The notes below the pieces were generated by a model, which ran no database searches, was not told the DNA's origin, and worked only from the letters and a program-made list of their open reading frames with translations. Positions 10,459 through 21,178 of a stretch of 64,000 nucleotides of DNA are shown here, piece after piece. A program made the position numbers and the translations under genes. This DNA comes from a bacterium (GTDB lineage Bacteria > Patescibacteriota > UBA1384 > CAILIB01), in assembly GCA_037131105.1 (NCBI GenBank), contig JBAXRQ010000001.1:458263-522262 (forward strand). Direction: 5' to 3'. The number at the start of each line of letters is the position of its first letter. Position 1 is the first letter of the stretch.

Positions 10459-13053
10459 ATGGCAACACCTGAAAACGACAACATGGAACCAGAGGACCAG
10501 ATCAACCCTGAGGAGGTAGAGCAAAGCGATGCCACAACGCCTGACGACATTGTGCCTACCAACCTGACCATCACCTCTACCGAGGCGTTGCACGTTGAAG
10601 GGGTCGGTCTGGTGCAGGGACGTGACATTATCGAAGAGATGCAGAAATCATACATGGACTATGCCATGTCGGTTATTGTCGCCCGCGCCCTTCCCGACGC
10701 CCGTGACGGTATGAAGCCTATTCATCGTCGCATCCTGTTTGCCATGAACGAGATGGGTCTGCGCCACAACGTGAAGTACCAGAAGTCCGCCCAAACGGTT
10801 GGACAGGTAATGGGTTTCTACCACCCGCACGGTGACGCTGCCATTTATATGTCCCTGGTTCGTATGGCGCAGCCGTTCTCGATGAGTCACACCATGATCG
10901 ATGGCCAAGGTAACTTCGGTTCCATCGACGGTGACTCCGCGGCTGCCATGCGCTACACCGAGTCCCGCATGTCCAAGATCTCCAGCGAGATGCTGGTGGA
11001 TATCGACAAGGACACGGTTCCTTTCGTGGATACCTACGACGGTTCCCGCAAGGAGCCCACCGTCTTGCCTACCCGAGTGCCAAACCTGTTACTCAACGGC
11101 GGTATCGGTATTGCCGTCGGTATGGCCACCAATATCCCTCCGCACAACCTCAGTGAGCTATGTGACGGTGTGGTGGCCCTGATCGACAGGCCTGAGTCTA
11201 CGGTTACCGATCTTATGGAGCATGTGAAGGGTCCTGACTTCCCTACCAAGGCGGAGATCTATGCCGGCACAGGCCTGCATGACGCCTACACCACCGGCCG
11301 CGGTAAGTTCACCATTCGTTCGGTTGCCGACATCGAGGAGCGTAAGGGCGGTTTCCGCATTATCGTTACTGAGTTGCCATATATGGTGAACAAGGCCGAG
11401 ATGATCAAGCACATGGCTGACCTGGTCAAGGACAAGAAGATCGACGGCATCACCGATATCCGCGACGAATCCAACCGCGAGGGTATCCGGGTGGTCATCG
11501 AGCTTCGCGCCAACTCCTATCCAAAGAAGGTGCTGAATAGGCTCTACGAGCTGACCTCCCTGCAGATCTCCTACCACGTGAATATGCTGGCTCTGGTCAA
11601 TGAGATCGAGCCTCGCGTCATCAGTTTGAAGGAAGCACTGGAAGAATTCATCAAGCACCGCCAGATAGTGGTCCGCCGCCGCACCGAGTATGACCTGGCC
11701 CGGGCCCAGGAGCGCGCTCACATCCTGCAAGGTCTGCTTATCGCCCTCGACAACATCGACGAGGTGGTGCGCATCATCCGAGCAGCCAAGAATCGTGAGG
11801 ATGCCCGTACCGATCTGATGGCCAAGTTTAAGCTATCAGAGCTGCAGAGCAATGCCATCCTGGACATGCGCCTCTCCTCCCTGGTTGGTCTGGAACGTCA
11901 GCGCCTACAGGATGAGTACGACGAGAAGATGAAGTTCATTGCCTATTGCGAAGACCTGTTGGCCCACGAAGAGAAGATCCTGGCTCTCATCCGCGAGGAG
12001 ACCCTGGCCATCAAGGACCAGTTTGGCATCCCTCGTAGAACCCGGATCATTGCTGCTGACATCAAGGGCTTCACTGCCGAGGACCTTATTCCTAACGAAG
12101 AGGTACTGATCTCGATTACCAAGACCAACTACGTCAAGCGGGTCCAGCGTGACACCTATCGCAGCCAGGGGCGTGGGGGTAAGGGCGTCGTGGGCATGAA
12201 CACCAAGGATGAGGACGAGGTGGCCTACTTGCTTTCGGCCATGACCCATGACTCTATCTACTTCTTTACTGACCAAGGAAAGCTGTATAAGACCGCGGTC
12301 TATGAGATCCCAGCGGCTACCCGTCAGTCCAAGGGCCAATCGATAGTCAACATCATCCAGATCGGCCAGGATGAGAAGGTGACTGCCGTGCTCACCCTGC
12401 CTCGCGCCCTGGAAAACGGCGAAGGCTACTTTATCATGGGTACCATCGATGGCACCATCAAGAAGACCGAGATCAAGGCCTATGCCAATGTCAGGAAGAA
12501 CGGCATTATCGCTATCAACCTTGCCAAGGGTAATACCCTGAGTTGGGTACGTCCTTCTACTGGCCAAGACAATGTCATTATGGTCACCTCAAAGGCTCAG
12601 GCCATTATCTTCAAAGAGGCCGACGTGCGACCTACCGGCCGTAGTGCCGCCGGAGTACGAGGTGTGAAGCTTCGTCCTGATGACATGGTTGTCTCTATGG
12701 ACGTGTTGAATGAGCAGCAGCTCAAGAAGGCGGACCTGCTAGTAGTGTTTGAGAACGGCTTCGGTAAGCGTAGCGCCCTTGAGCATTTCGACATCCAGAA
12801 TCGAGGAGGAATGGGTATTAAGGCAGCTGCGGTAACGCCACGGGTAGGCAACGTCGTCTATGCTGCTGTGGTAGAGGATGAGGGGCATGAGCTGATGATG
12901 ATCTCCTCGAAGGGCACTATTCTTAAAACCTCTCTGAAGTCGGTAAAGCGACTAGGAAGAGTGACCCAGGGAGTGACACTTATGCGCCTGGGAAGCGGAG
13001 ACAAAGTAGCCTCAGCCACCCTGCTGGCCGAGAAGGAAGAAGGTGGAGAGTAA
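10459..13053 (+). CDS. gyrA: DNA gyrase subunit A.
   Basis: 864 aa. Contains the [13 protein letters not shown]...RDGMKP QRDR-region motifs, the catalytic Tyr region (AAAMRYTE), and C-terminal beta-pinwheel repeats. Confidence 0.95.
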   Translation: MATPENDNMEPEDQINPEEVEQSDATTPDDIVPTNLTITSTEALHVEGVGLVQGRDIIEEMQKSYMDYAMSVIVARALPDARDGMKPIHRRILFAMNEMGLRHNVKYQKSAQTVGQVMGFYHPHGDAAIYMSLVRMAQPFSMSHTMIDGQGNFGSIDGDSAAAMRYTESRMSKISSEMLVDIDKDTVPFVDTYDGSRKEPTVLPTRVPNLLLNGGIGIAVGMATNIPPHNLSELCDGVVALIDRPESTVTDLMEHVKGPDFPTKAEIYAGTGLHDAYTTGRGKFTIRSVADIEERKGGFRIIVTELPYMVNKAEMIKHMADLVKDKKIDGITDIRDESNREGIRVVIELRANSYPKKVLNRLYELTSLQISYHVNMLALVNEIEPRVISLKEALEEFIKHRQIVVRRRTEYDLARAQERAHILQGLLIALDNIDEVVRIIRAAKNREDARTDLMAKFKLSELQSNAILDMRLSSLVGLERQRLQDEYDEKMKFIAYCEDLLAHEEKILALIREETLAIKDQFGIPRRTRIIAADIKGFTAEDLIPNEEVLISITKTNYVKRVQRDTYRSQGRGGKGVVGMNTKDEDEVAYLLSAMTHDSIYFFTDQGKLYKTAVYEIPAATRQSKGQSIVNIIQIGQDEKVTAVLTLPRALENGEGYFIMGTIDGTIKKTEIKAYANVRKNGIIAINLAKGNTLSWVRPSTGQDNVIMVTSKAQAIIFKEADVRPTGRSAAGVRGVKLRPDDMVVSMDVLNEQQLKKADLLVVFENGFGKRSALEHFDIQNRGGMGIKAAAVTPRVGNVVYAAVVEDEGHELMMISSKGTILKTSLKSVKRLGRVTQGVTLMRLGSGDKVASATLLAEKEEGGE

Positions 13054-13657
13054 GTCTCAAGGATCTGCCGAGTTACTCGATACCGTAGCTTTCTTAGTGT
13101 CTGTGGTCACCAGTCCCTATCTGGTATGTGCGGCATTCACAATCTGGATACTCAGCTGTTATGCAACAAGCTTTCTTCAGTTTGTGGGGCTGGCTGGATC
13201 GTTTCTATCCCTCGCAGTCGCATTTCCTTTGGGGTTTGTACTCCTAGGCATATGGCAGGGAAAGTATACTGACATTCATGTCGCCATACGGTCCCAGCGG
13301 GAAGAGGTGTTCACGGTTGCCACCTGTAGTGTGGGGGTACTGTCGCTATTGTATTATCTGGAAGGGGTCAGTCTTCCCATAGTCGCTCTCGCCGTTAGCC
13401 TGTTCGTTAACGGAATGGTGTTTTGGATTATTTCCATGCGGTGGAAGATAAGTGTTCATACAGCAGCTCTTACCCAGGGGGCCATTGCTGGGGCGCTGCT
13501 GGTTACTCCCTGGGCCCTGCTATGGCTGCTTGCAATACCGGCAGTGGCGTGGGCGCGCCTGCGCCGCAACAGGCATACGCTCATCCAGGTCATCGCTGGC
13601 GTAGTGGCGGTAGGTGTCCTGACTCCCGCAGTGTTCTGGGGTCTTGGTGCGCTTTAG
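13043..13657 (+). CDS. Integral membrane protein, possibly PAP2-superfamily (phosphatidic-acid or undecaprenyl-PP phosphatase-like).
   Basis: 204 aa with about 6 hydrophobic segments. SVHTAAL and RLRRNRHTLIQ resemble degenerate PAP2 motifs 2 and 3. Overlaps the gyrA stop by 11 nt. Confidence 0.35.
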   Translation: MESKSQGSAELLDTVAFLVSVVTSPYLVCAAFTIWILSCYATSFLQFVGLAGSFLSLAVAFPLGFVLLGIWQGKYTDIHVAIRSQREEVFTVATCSVGVLSLLYYLEGVSLPIVALAVSLFVNGMVFWIISMRWKISVHTAALTQGAIAGALLVTPWALLWLLAIPAVAWARLRRNRHTLIQVIAGVVAVGVLTPAVFWGLGAL

Positions 13658-13803
13658 TCTGGCAAGGTTCCCAGTTCAGTCCTGATGTGGTATAAGTGAA
13701 GAAGTCATCTCAGAACTCCATTCCCAACTGCAGCTGTCGCTGTTCAGCCGTAAGGGGGTTCTGTACTGACTTCTCAGCTGCACATCCTTAGTCCGATCTT
13801 CCC

Positions 13804-15585
13804 ATGCCCGAACAGACCCCTATCACTCTCCCTGCGGTACTTACTGTCAGCCAGCTGGCGGAATTTCTGGGTCAGCCCGTTACTGCGGTAATCGGAAAGC
13901 TGATGGGTTTTGGCGTACTCGCGACTATCAATGAGGACATTGACTTCGATACGGCGGCCATCGTGGCCGACGACTTTGGGGTAGAGGTGGTTCGCCAGGT
14001 CACGGCCGGCCCGGTATCAAGTGTTGTGATAGCTGAGGGCGTAGATCTTGAAAATCGGCCTCCGGTAGTCACTATCATGGGCCACGTTGACCACGGAAAG
14101 ACCACCTTGCTGGATACTATCCGCAAGACCAGTGTGGCCGCTGGCGAAGCAGGAGGCATTACTCAGCATATCAGCTCATATCAGATTGAGATCTCACCCA
14201 AGCAGGGCGGGGAAAAGCGCCTAATCACCTTTTTGGATACTCCTGGTCACTCGGCTTTTGAAGCTATGCGTCGCCACGGAGCTCAGATCACCGACCTGGT
14301 AGTATTGGTTGTCGCAGCTGACGATGGTGTGAAGCCGCAGACAGTTGAAGCTATAAACCACGCTAAGGCCATGAAGGTGCCGCTTATGGTGGCTATCAAC
14401 AAGATCGACAAGCCTGACGCCGACATAGAGCGCGTGAAGGGCGAGCTTGCTGAACACGACCTGGTGCCAGAAGAGTGGGGAGGCAAGACGGTGGTAGTTC
14501 CTATCTCGGCTGCCAAGGATACCGGCATCGACGATCTTCTTGAAGTAGTACTTCTGTCTACTGACCTGCGCGACCTCAAGGCAAACTTCAAGGCCCCTGC
14601 GGTAGGTGTAGTCATTGAGTCTCACCTGCAGCCCGGTATCGGTCCCGTAGCCACCTTGCTTATCCAAAACGGTACTCTGAGAACGGGTGACTACGTGGCT
14701 CTGGGCGAAGTGACTGGCAAGGTGCGTACTCTGACCGACCACCGCGGCAAACGTCTCCAGGCTGCCGGCCCTTCCACTCCCGTAGAGATCAGTGGACTTT
14801 CCGCCGTTCCAAACTTTGGTGAGCAACTAGCGGTATTTTCTACTGAAAAGGACTCCAAAGAATCCGCCCGCCAGTTTAGCCGGGGAATTACCGCCAAACG
14901 GGCCATCTCAGCTCTTTCTGCTTCTGCTGCCCAAGGTACCCAGAAGGAAGGTCAGAAGAATATCCTCAACCTTATCGTCAAGGCAGATACCAACGGCTCG
15001 CTGGAAGCGATCCGTGACACTCTGCGCACCATGAAGAATGACGACGTCGAGGTGCGCGTGGTGTCTGACGGCGTCGGCGATATCTCTGAGGGAGACGTTA
15101 CTACGGCTGTAGCCTCACGAGCGATTATCGTCGGTTTCCAGGTCCGTCTTCCCGCTGTGATTAAGCTTCTGGCTGATCGTGAGCATATTCCGGTCACCCT
15201 CTACTCAGTAGTCTATGAGCTCTTCGATAGTATCCGGGAAGTACTTACCGGCCTTATGCCGATGATCACCATTGAGAAGACGCTAGGCACCCTTAAGGTA
15301 TTGGCTCGCTTCCGGGACAATCGTAAGAACGTAGTCCTAGGAGGTAGTGTTGAGAGTGGAAGTCTTTCACCTAAGCAGCTGGCACGGGTCGTGCGTGGCA
15401 AGGAGGTAGTGTCAGAGGGTAAGGTGGAGACCGTTCGTCGCGGTAAGGACGAGGTCCGTTCGGTCCAGGCAGGTTCCCAGTGCGGTATCGAACTCACACT
15501 AGCAAAGAGCGAGCTTGAGGTCGCCGTCAACGATGAGGTGGTTACCTTTATCCGGGAAGAAGAACGAAAGTCCCTCGGATTGTAG
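13804..15585 (+). CDS. infB: Translation initiation factor IF-2 (short form).
   Basis: 593 aa. G-domain motifs [17 protein letters not shown] and NKID, followed by the C-terminal beta-barrel domains. Confidence 0.95.
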   Translation: MPEQTPITLPAVLTVSQLAEFLGQPVTAVIGKLMGFGVLATINEDIDFDTAAIVADDFGVEVVRQVTAGPVSSVVIAEGVDLENRPPVVTIMGHVDHGKTTLLDTIRKTSVAAGEAGGITQHISSYQIEISPKQGGEKRLITFLDTPGHSAFEAMRRHGAQITDLVVLVVAADDGVKPQTVEAINHAKAMKVPLMVAINKIDKPDADIERVKGELAEHDLVPEEWGGKTVVVPISAAKDTGIDDLLEVVLLSTDLRDLKANFKAPAVGVVIESHLQPGIGPVATLLIQNGTLRTGDYVALGEVTGKVRTLTDHRGKRLQAAGPSTPVEISGLSAVPNFGEQLAVFSTEKDSKESARQFSRGITAKRAISALSASAAQGTQKEGQKNILNLIVKADTNGSLEAIRDTLRTMKNDDVEVRVVSDGVGDISEGDVTTAVASRAIIVGFQVRLPAVIKLLADREHIPVTLYSVVYELFDSIREVLTGLMPMITIEKTLGTLKVLARFRDNRKNVVLGGSVESGSLSPKQLARVVRGKEVVSEGKVETVRRGKDEVRSVQAGSQCGIELTLAKSELEVAVNDEVVTFIREEERKSLGL

Positions 15586-15656
15586 TTTTAAAAGTACTTG
15601 TGGGTTGCTCTTTTTCGAGTATTCACTTATAGTAAGGAAGTCCAATTATCCGTAAG

Positions 15657-16670
15657 GTGCTGCGCCAGGGCAAACTGTGGCACACCCCAGGGGGATTTAT
15701 TCCAATCTTAAGTACTGAGCCTCCCAGTCGCACACGACTGATCCAGGCCTCTATTAAGCGGAACTTCCGGTACGCGAAACGAAACACACCTCGAACTCTC
15801 TACCGAGCAGGTATTTCATTACTAGCTCTGGTGGCTGTCTTCAGATACACGCCTGACCTGCAGGCCTTCTCAAGCAGCCGGGAAGAGTCGCTCAGCCAAC
15901 GTCAGAGGGAGCAGACCCTTCAAGTGGTGGGTTCCATGATCTCACTGATTACGCTTGAGCCTGTTCGCCAACCCAGCTTGGCCGCAGTCAGTCCGATTGT
16001 CGTTCCTGTGCCGGCACAGCCTACTACTTATACGGTGGCAGCAGGGGAGTCACTTTCGGCCATTGCTGATAGTGTGGGTTTGAAAAACGGTAGCTTACTG
16101 CTGGCCAATCCCCAGATCAATGACGCACAGATTATCCATGTGGGTGACGTACTTACTGTTCCGGCAGCGGATGCCTCAGCTGACGACCTGGCGCGGTTAG
16201 CGAGTGCACAGCGGAAGAAACAGCAAAGCGTCGCCTTGGCTGCCGAGGCCGCTACAGCGAAAGTAGCAGCTGTCTCCACTCCGCCGAAAAGCACTGGTTC
16301 TCATTCGGGCTCCTATGCACTGCCTATCCACTATAAGGAACTGTCCCAGGGCTTTAGCAGCTGGCACCCAGGAGTAGATCTAGCAGCGGATGTCGGTACT
16401 ATGGTTGTTGCTTCGCATGCAGGCTGCATTATCCAGGAGTCTGACGGTTGGAACGGTGGCTATGGTAGAATGATTATGCTCGACCACGGTGACGGCACTT
16501 CATCTTTGTATGCTCACTTGAGTGCCTTTGTGGCAGTCAGCGGGCAGTGCGTAACGGCGGGCCAGGTTATCGCCCACTCAGGCAATACTGGACGCTCGAC
16601 CGGACCCCACCTCCATTTTGAAATCAGAAAGAACGGTATTCAACTAGATCCCACACCTTATGTTCATTGA
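15657..16670 (+). CDS. LysM-domain M23 metallopeptidase (peptidoglycan endopeptidase), membrane-anchored.
   Basis: 337 aa. LysM motif YTVAAGESLSAIADSVG...GDVLTVP. M23 motifs HPGVDLAA and GNTGRSTGPHLHFEI. The true start may be an internal Met. Confidence 0.8.
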   Translation: MLRQGKLWHTPGGFIPILSTEPPSRTRLIQASIKRNFRYAKRNTPRTLYRAGISLLALVAVFRYTPDLQAFSSSREESLSQRQREQTLQVVGSMISLITLEPVRQPSLAAVSPIVVPVPAQPTTYTVAAGESLSAIADSVGLKNGSLLLANPQINDAQIIHVGDVLTVPAADASADDLARLASAQRKKQQSVALAAEAATAKVAAVSTPPKSTGSHSGSYALPIHYKELSQGFSSWHPGVDLAADVGTMVVASHAGCIIQESDGWNGGYGRMIMLDHGDGTSSLYAHLSAFVAVSGQCVTAGQVIAHSGNTGRSTGPHLHFEIRKNGIQLDPTPYVH

Positions 16671-17673
16671 TGAGAAGGAATTAGAGATCCAGGCAGGCAG
16701 AGGCGGCGACGGTGTCGCCCTTTTTAGACGTGAGATCTATGTCCCCAAGGGAGGCCCTGACGGAGGCGATGGTGGACGGGGCGGAGACGTCATCATTGAG
16801 GGGCGCGCCAATATGCACGCTCTTTCTCATCTATCTGCAATTGATAGGCTGAAGGCTGAGAACGGTGAGAAGGGAGGTCACAAGACCTCCACAGGCCGCT
16901 CGGGTGAGGACAGTATGATTTTGGTTCCGCTCGGAACCGTAGTAGAGCAGTGGATCCCAGAGACAGAGACCTGGAAGCAGATTGGTGAGCTAGTAGAAGA
17001 AGGTCAGTCCATGGTTGTGGCTACCGGTGGAAACGGCGGCTGGGGTAACTGGCATTTCAAATCGTCTGTCCAGCAGGCTCCCGATCGCTGGAACCCAGGT
17101 CTTGAAGGCGATAAGATGCGCCTCCGCTTGGTACTGAAGCTTATTGCTGACATCGGACTAGTTGGACTGCCGAATGCCGGTAAGTCTACCTTCTTGGCCA
17201 GTGTCTCGGCGGCCCAGCCGAAGGTTGCCAACTATCCCTTTACTACCCTCGAGCCCCAGCTGGGGGTTGCCGAGGTAGGAACTGGTGAAGACAGGACTCA
17301 GCTGGTCATTGCCGACCTGCCTGGGCTCATTGAAGGCGCTAGCCAGGGCAAGGGCCTCGGTGCCGTGTTCCTTAAACATGTTGAGCGCACCCATCGCATA
17401 CTTCACCTGATAGACTCTTCAGCTACTACTGAAGAGATACTTCATAATTACCGGGTCATACGTACCGAGCTTGAAACCTGGTCACCGGTGCTGCTGGCTA
17501 AGCAGGAGACCATCGTGCTGACCAAGATCGAACTAATTGATCCCGAGGAGCTCGCCGAGAAGATTACATCACTGAAAACGTCCATTGGCAAGCCTGTTCA
17601 TGCCATTTCAGCTGCCGCTCACAAGGGCGTTAAGGAATTGTTGACAGAGTGCGCCAAAGACGTTATAGTGTAA
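16660..17673 (+). CDS. obg: GTPase Obg/CgtA.
   Basis: 337 aa. Obg-fold N-terminus (GGDGG repeats) followed by a G domain (GLPNAGKST, DLPGLIEGAS). Confidence 0.9.
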   Translation: MFIDEKELEIQAGRGGDGVALFRREIYVPKGGPDGGDGGRGGDVIIEGRANMHALSHLSAIDRLKAENGEKGGHKTSTGRSGEDSMILVPLGTVVEQWIPETETWKQIGELVEEGQSMVVATGGNGGWGNWHFKSSVQQAPDRWNPGLEGDKMRLRLVLKLIADIGLVGLPNAGKSTFLASVSAAQPKVANYPFTTLEPQLGVAEVGTGEDRTQLVIADLPGLIEGASQGKGLGAVFLKHVERTHRILHLIDSSATTEEILHNYRVIRTELETWSPVLLAKQETIVLTKIELIDPEELAEKITSLKTSIGKPVHAISAAAHKGVKELLTECAKDVIV

Positions 17674-17769
17674 ACACATATTCTGTTAGTTCTCTGTGTC
17701 GCCTAGCGCTACCAGGTCCAGTAGGTTGTAGAGAACACAACTATCTACTATCCGTAATGCTGGTTAGCT

Positions 17770-20700
17770 ATGGCAATCCACGCGACTCGTCGTGTCTTCG
17801 GTCGTAAGACCACTCAGATTCCTCTGCCGAACCTTATTGAGGTGCAGCTTGATTCCTATACCTGGTTCCTCTCTGAGGGTATCCGGGAGCTTTTGGATGA
17901 ACTGAATCCTATTGAGGACTTTACCTCAAAGAACCTGACTCTGGAGTTTAAGGAGTTTTCCTTCGAGGACCCTAAGCTTACCGCTGAGGAGTCCCGTGAG
18001 AAGAAGCTTACTTACAAGGCCCTCCTGAAGGTCCGCGCCATCCTGACCAACAAGGTCACCGGCGAGATCAAGGAGAACGACGTCTACATGGGTGAGTTCC
18101 CTATGATGACCAAGAACGGTACCTTTATCATCAATGGTATCGAGCGCGTCGTGGTCTCCCAGATCGTCCGTTCCTACGGTGTACTGTTCACCGGTGAGCC
18201 GGCTCCTGACCGGACTCTGTTCGGTGCCAAGCTGATTCCTGCCCGCGGTGCCTGGCTTGAGTTCGAGACCTCCAGCCGCGATGTAATCTCGGTGAAGATC
18301 GACCGAAAGCGTCGCATCCCGGTTACCACCCTGCTGCGAAGCCTGGGATATGGTACCACTGAGGAGATCATGCAGCTGTTTGCCGATGTCGACACCAATC
18401 CAGACCACAGGTACATCGAGACCACCCTTGAGAAGGATCCTGCCGAGAACAAGGTTGAGGGTTTTGTAGAGGTATACAAGCGTATTCGTCCCGGAGATCT
18501 AGCTACTCCTGAGAACGCCCAGGCTTTCATTGAGGCGATCTTCTACTCCCCGAAGCGCTATGACCTAGGCAAGGTAGGCCGTTACAAGCTGAACAAGCGC
18601 CTTGGCCTTGATATTCCCAATAATGTCGACAACCGTGTACTGCGTCCAGCTGACATCATTGAGATCGTCAAGGAGATCATCATCCTGAATAACACCAAGA
18701 ACTCCCAGCCTGACGACATCGACGACCTCCAGAACCGCCGCGTCCGTGCCGTCGGTGAGTTGGTCCAGAGTCGTGTCCGCGTCGGTATGCTGCGCCTTGA
18801 GCGCATCATCCGCGACCGTATGAGTGTTACCGACCTGGAGACGGTTACCCCTTCCCAGCTGGTCAATGCCCGCCCGGTAGCCGCTGCTCTGCAGGAGTTC
18901 TTCCTGTCCTCGCAGCTGTCCCAGTTCATGAACCAGACCAACCCTATCGCTGAGCTTGAGCACAAGCGCTGCCTTACTGCTACTGGTCAGGGTGGATTGT
19001 CCCGCGAGCGTGCTGGCTTCGAGGTTCGCGACGTGCATCCTTCCCACTACGGCCGCATGTGTCCTATTGAGACCCCTGAAGGTCCTAACATTGGTCTGGT
19101 GCAGTATCTGGCTTCCTACGCCAAGATCAACGAGTACGGCTTCATTGAGACCCCGTACCGTACCGTTGTCCAGAAGGAAGGTCAGTTGCCACAGGTTACT
19201 GGGGAGATCACCTATATGGATGCCTCAGAAGAGGAAAAACATATCATCGCTCCGGCTTCTGCCATTGTTGATGAGAAGGGCTTCCTGACTGAGACCCGCA
19301 CCGCCGTCCGTAAGTTCGGTCACCCCGACATCGAGTTGGTAGGGAAGATCGACTACATGGACGTATCCCCCCAGCAGACCTTCTCCATCACTACGAACCT
19401 TATTCCTGGACTTGAGCAGGACGATGCTGCTCGTTCTTCGATGGGATCGAACATGCAACGCCAGGCTGTACCTACCATCCGTCCTGACTCTCCTGTAGTT
19501 GGTACCGGTATGGAAGGCGACGCTGCCCGTGACTCGGGCCAGGTCATTTTCTCAGCCGTTGACGGTGAGGTGACTTCGGTTGCCGCCGACCGTGTTCTGG
19601 TAAAGGACGTTAAGAACTCCCTGCACGAGTATCGTCTGGAGAAATTTATCCGTTCAAACCAGGGCACCCTTATCAGCCAGACCCCGAGCGTAAGCGTCGG
19701 TGAGAAGGTGAAGAAGGGTGAGATTATTGCTGACTCTTCAGCTACTGACCAGGGTGAACTAGCCCTGGGGCAGAACGTGTTCGTAGCGTTCATGTCGTGG
19801 GAAGGGTACAACTTCGAGGACGCTATCATCATCTCTGATCGTCTGGTCAAGGCTGACCGCTACACCTCGATTCATATTGAGAAGTATACTATCGAAGTTC
19901 GTGACACTAAGCTTGGTCCAGAGCAGCTGACCCGCGACATTCCGAATGTCGGTGAGGAAGCTCTCCGAAACCTAGACGAGACCGGTATCATCCGTATCGG
20001 TGCTGAGATCGAGTCAGGTGACATCATGGTCGGTAAGATCTCTCCCAAGGGCGAGACCGAGCTGACCGCTGAGGAGCGCCTGCTGCGTGCCGTCTTCGGT
20101 GAGAAGTCCAAGGAAGTGCGTGACTCGTCCCTGCGTTTGCCTCACGGTGAGCGTGGTAAGGTCATCGGCATCAAGATTTTCTCCAAGGACAATGGCGATG
20201 AGCTCTCCACTGGTGTCTATCAGTCGGTTGAGATCACTGTAGCCCAGCTCCGCAAGATCTCGGTAGGTGACAAGCTGGCTGGACGTCACGGAAACAAGGG
20301 AGTTATCTCCATCATCGTTCCTGTGGAAGACATGCCGTACATGCCTGACGGTACCCCTATCGATATGATCCTGAACCCACTTGGTGTGGTAGGACGTATG
20401 AACCTGGGACAGATCATGGAGACTACCCTCGGGTGGGCTGCCAGTGTCCAGGGCTACAAGGCAGCCGTACCTATCTTCGGCGGACTGACCGAGGAGATGA
20501 TCCGGGCTGAACTTAAGAAGGCGGGTCTTCCTGAGGACGGTAAGTCCATCCTCTACGACGGCAAGACCGGACAGGCCTATGACAACCCGATCACCGTCGG
20601 TGTGAACTACATGCTGAAGCTCTCCCACCTGGTGGACGACAAGATGCATGCCCGTTCCGTCGGTCCATACTCGATGATCACCCAGCAGCCGCTTGGTGGT

Positions 20701-21174
20701 AAAGCCCAGATGGGTGGACAGCGTTTCGGTGAGATGGAAGTATGGGCACTTGAGGCCTACGGCGCCGCCCACACCCTCCAGGAGATGCTTACCATCAAGT
20801 CTGACGATACCGTCGGCCGTTCAAAGGCCTACGAGTCGATCATCCGTGGCGGCGTCATCCAGAAGCCATCCATCCCCGAGTCTTTCAACGTTCTTGTCCG
20901 TGAGCTGCAAGGCCTCGGTCTGGAAGTGAAGCTGCTGACCGAAGAGGGAGAGGTGGAGCCGGTAGACAAGCCGAAGGTTCCCGTTGTTCCTACTATTCAT
21001 ATTCCTACCGACGATGAGATCCTTGATGACGACGAGCTGGAGAGCGACGGCGCCTCCGACGAGTTCGCAGAGGAAAAGGAAGATGAGGAATTGACCGAGT
21101 TCGGGGTTCCCGAGCCGGACATCGAGCCTGACGCCGAGGGGAAAGAAGGTGCGCCCGAGCCGGAAAACGCCTAA
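17770..21174 (+). CDS. rpoB: DNA-directed RNA polymerase subunit beta.
   Basis: 1134 aa, collinear with RpoB motifs. Has a roughly 55-aa acidic C-terminal tail. Confidence 0.97.
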   Translation: MAIHATRRVFGRKTTQIPLPNLIEVQLDSYTWFLSEGIRELLDELNPIEDFTSKNLTLEFKEFSFEDPKLTAEESREKKLTYKALLKVRAILTNKVTGEIKENDVYMGEFPMMTKNGTFIINGIERVVVSQIVRSYGVLFTGEPAPDRTLFGAKLIPARGAWLEFETSSRDVISVKIDRKRRIPVTTLLRSLGYGTTEEIMQLFADVDTNPDHRYIETTLEKDPAENKVEGFVEVYKRIRPGDLATPENAQAFIEAIFYSPKRYDLGKVGRYKLNKRLGLDIPNNVDNRVLRPADIIEIVKEIIILNNTKNSQPDDIDDLQNRRVRAVGELVQSRVRVGMLRLERIIRDRMSVTDLETVTPSQLVNARPVAAALQEFFLSSQLSQFMNQTNPIAELEHKRCLTATGQGGLSRERAGFEVRDVHPSHYGRMCPIETPEGPNIGLVQYLASYAKINEYGFIETPYRTVVQKEGQLPQVTGEITYMDASEEEKHIIAPASAIVDEKGFLTETRTAVRKFGHPDIELVGKIDYMDVSPQQTFSITTNLIPGLEQDDAARSSMGSNMQRQAVPTIRPDSPVVGTGMEGDAARDSGQVIFSAVDGEVTSVAADRVLVKDVKNSLHEYRLEKFIRSNQGTLISQTPSVSVGEKVKKGEIIADSSATDQGELALGQNVFVAFMSWEGYNFEDAIIISDRLVKADRYTSIHIEKYTIEVRDTKLGPEQLTRDIPNVGEEALRNLDETGIIRIGAEIESGDIMVGKISPKGETELTAEERLLRAVFGEKSKEVRDSSLRLPHGERGKVIGIKIFSKDNGDELSTGVYQSVEITVAQLRKISVGDKLAGRHGNKGVISIIVPVEDMPYMPDGTPIDMILNPLGVVGRMNLGQIMETTLGWAASVQGYKAAVPIFGGLTEEMIRAELKKAGLPEDGKSILYDGKTGQAYDNPITVGVNYMLKLSHLVDDKMHARSVGPYSMITQQPLGGKAQMGGQRFGEMEVWALEAYGAAHTLQEMLTIKSDDTVGRSKAYESIIRGGVIQKPSIPESFNVLVRELQGLGLEVKLLTEEGEVEPVDKPKVPVVPTIHIPTDDEILDDDELESDGASDEFAEEKEDEELTEFGVPEPDIEPDAEGKEGAPEPENA

Positions 21175-21178
21175 CCTA

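Noticed and set aside
11158-12567. Long antisense ORFs inside gyrA (190 aa and 220 aa, minus strand).
   Set aside because: They lie entirely within a confidently identified conserved gene. In GC-rich coding DNA the opposite strand often lacks stops. No recognisable motifs.
17926-20772. Several antisense ORFs inside rpoB (160, 160, 165 and 252 aa, minus strand).
   Set aside because: Shadow ORFs of rpoB, with low-complexity composition.
21149-21178. rpoC start at the GTG at 21149, overlapping rpoB by 26 nt as in the ORF track.
   Set aside because: The ATG at 21179 or 21188 (MPAMNLLD) lies just after the rpoB stop, and homologous beta-prime sequences begin near there. The upstream GTG extension is likely spurious.
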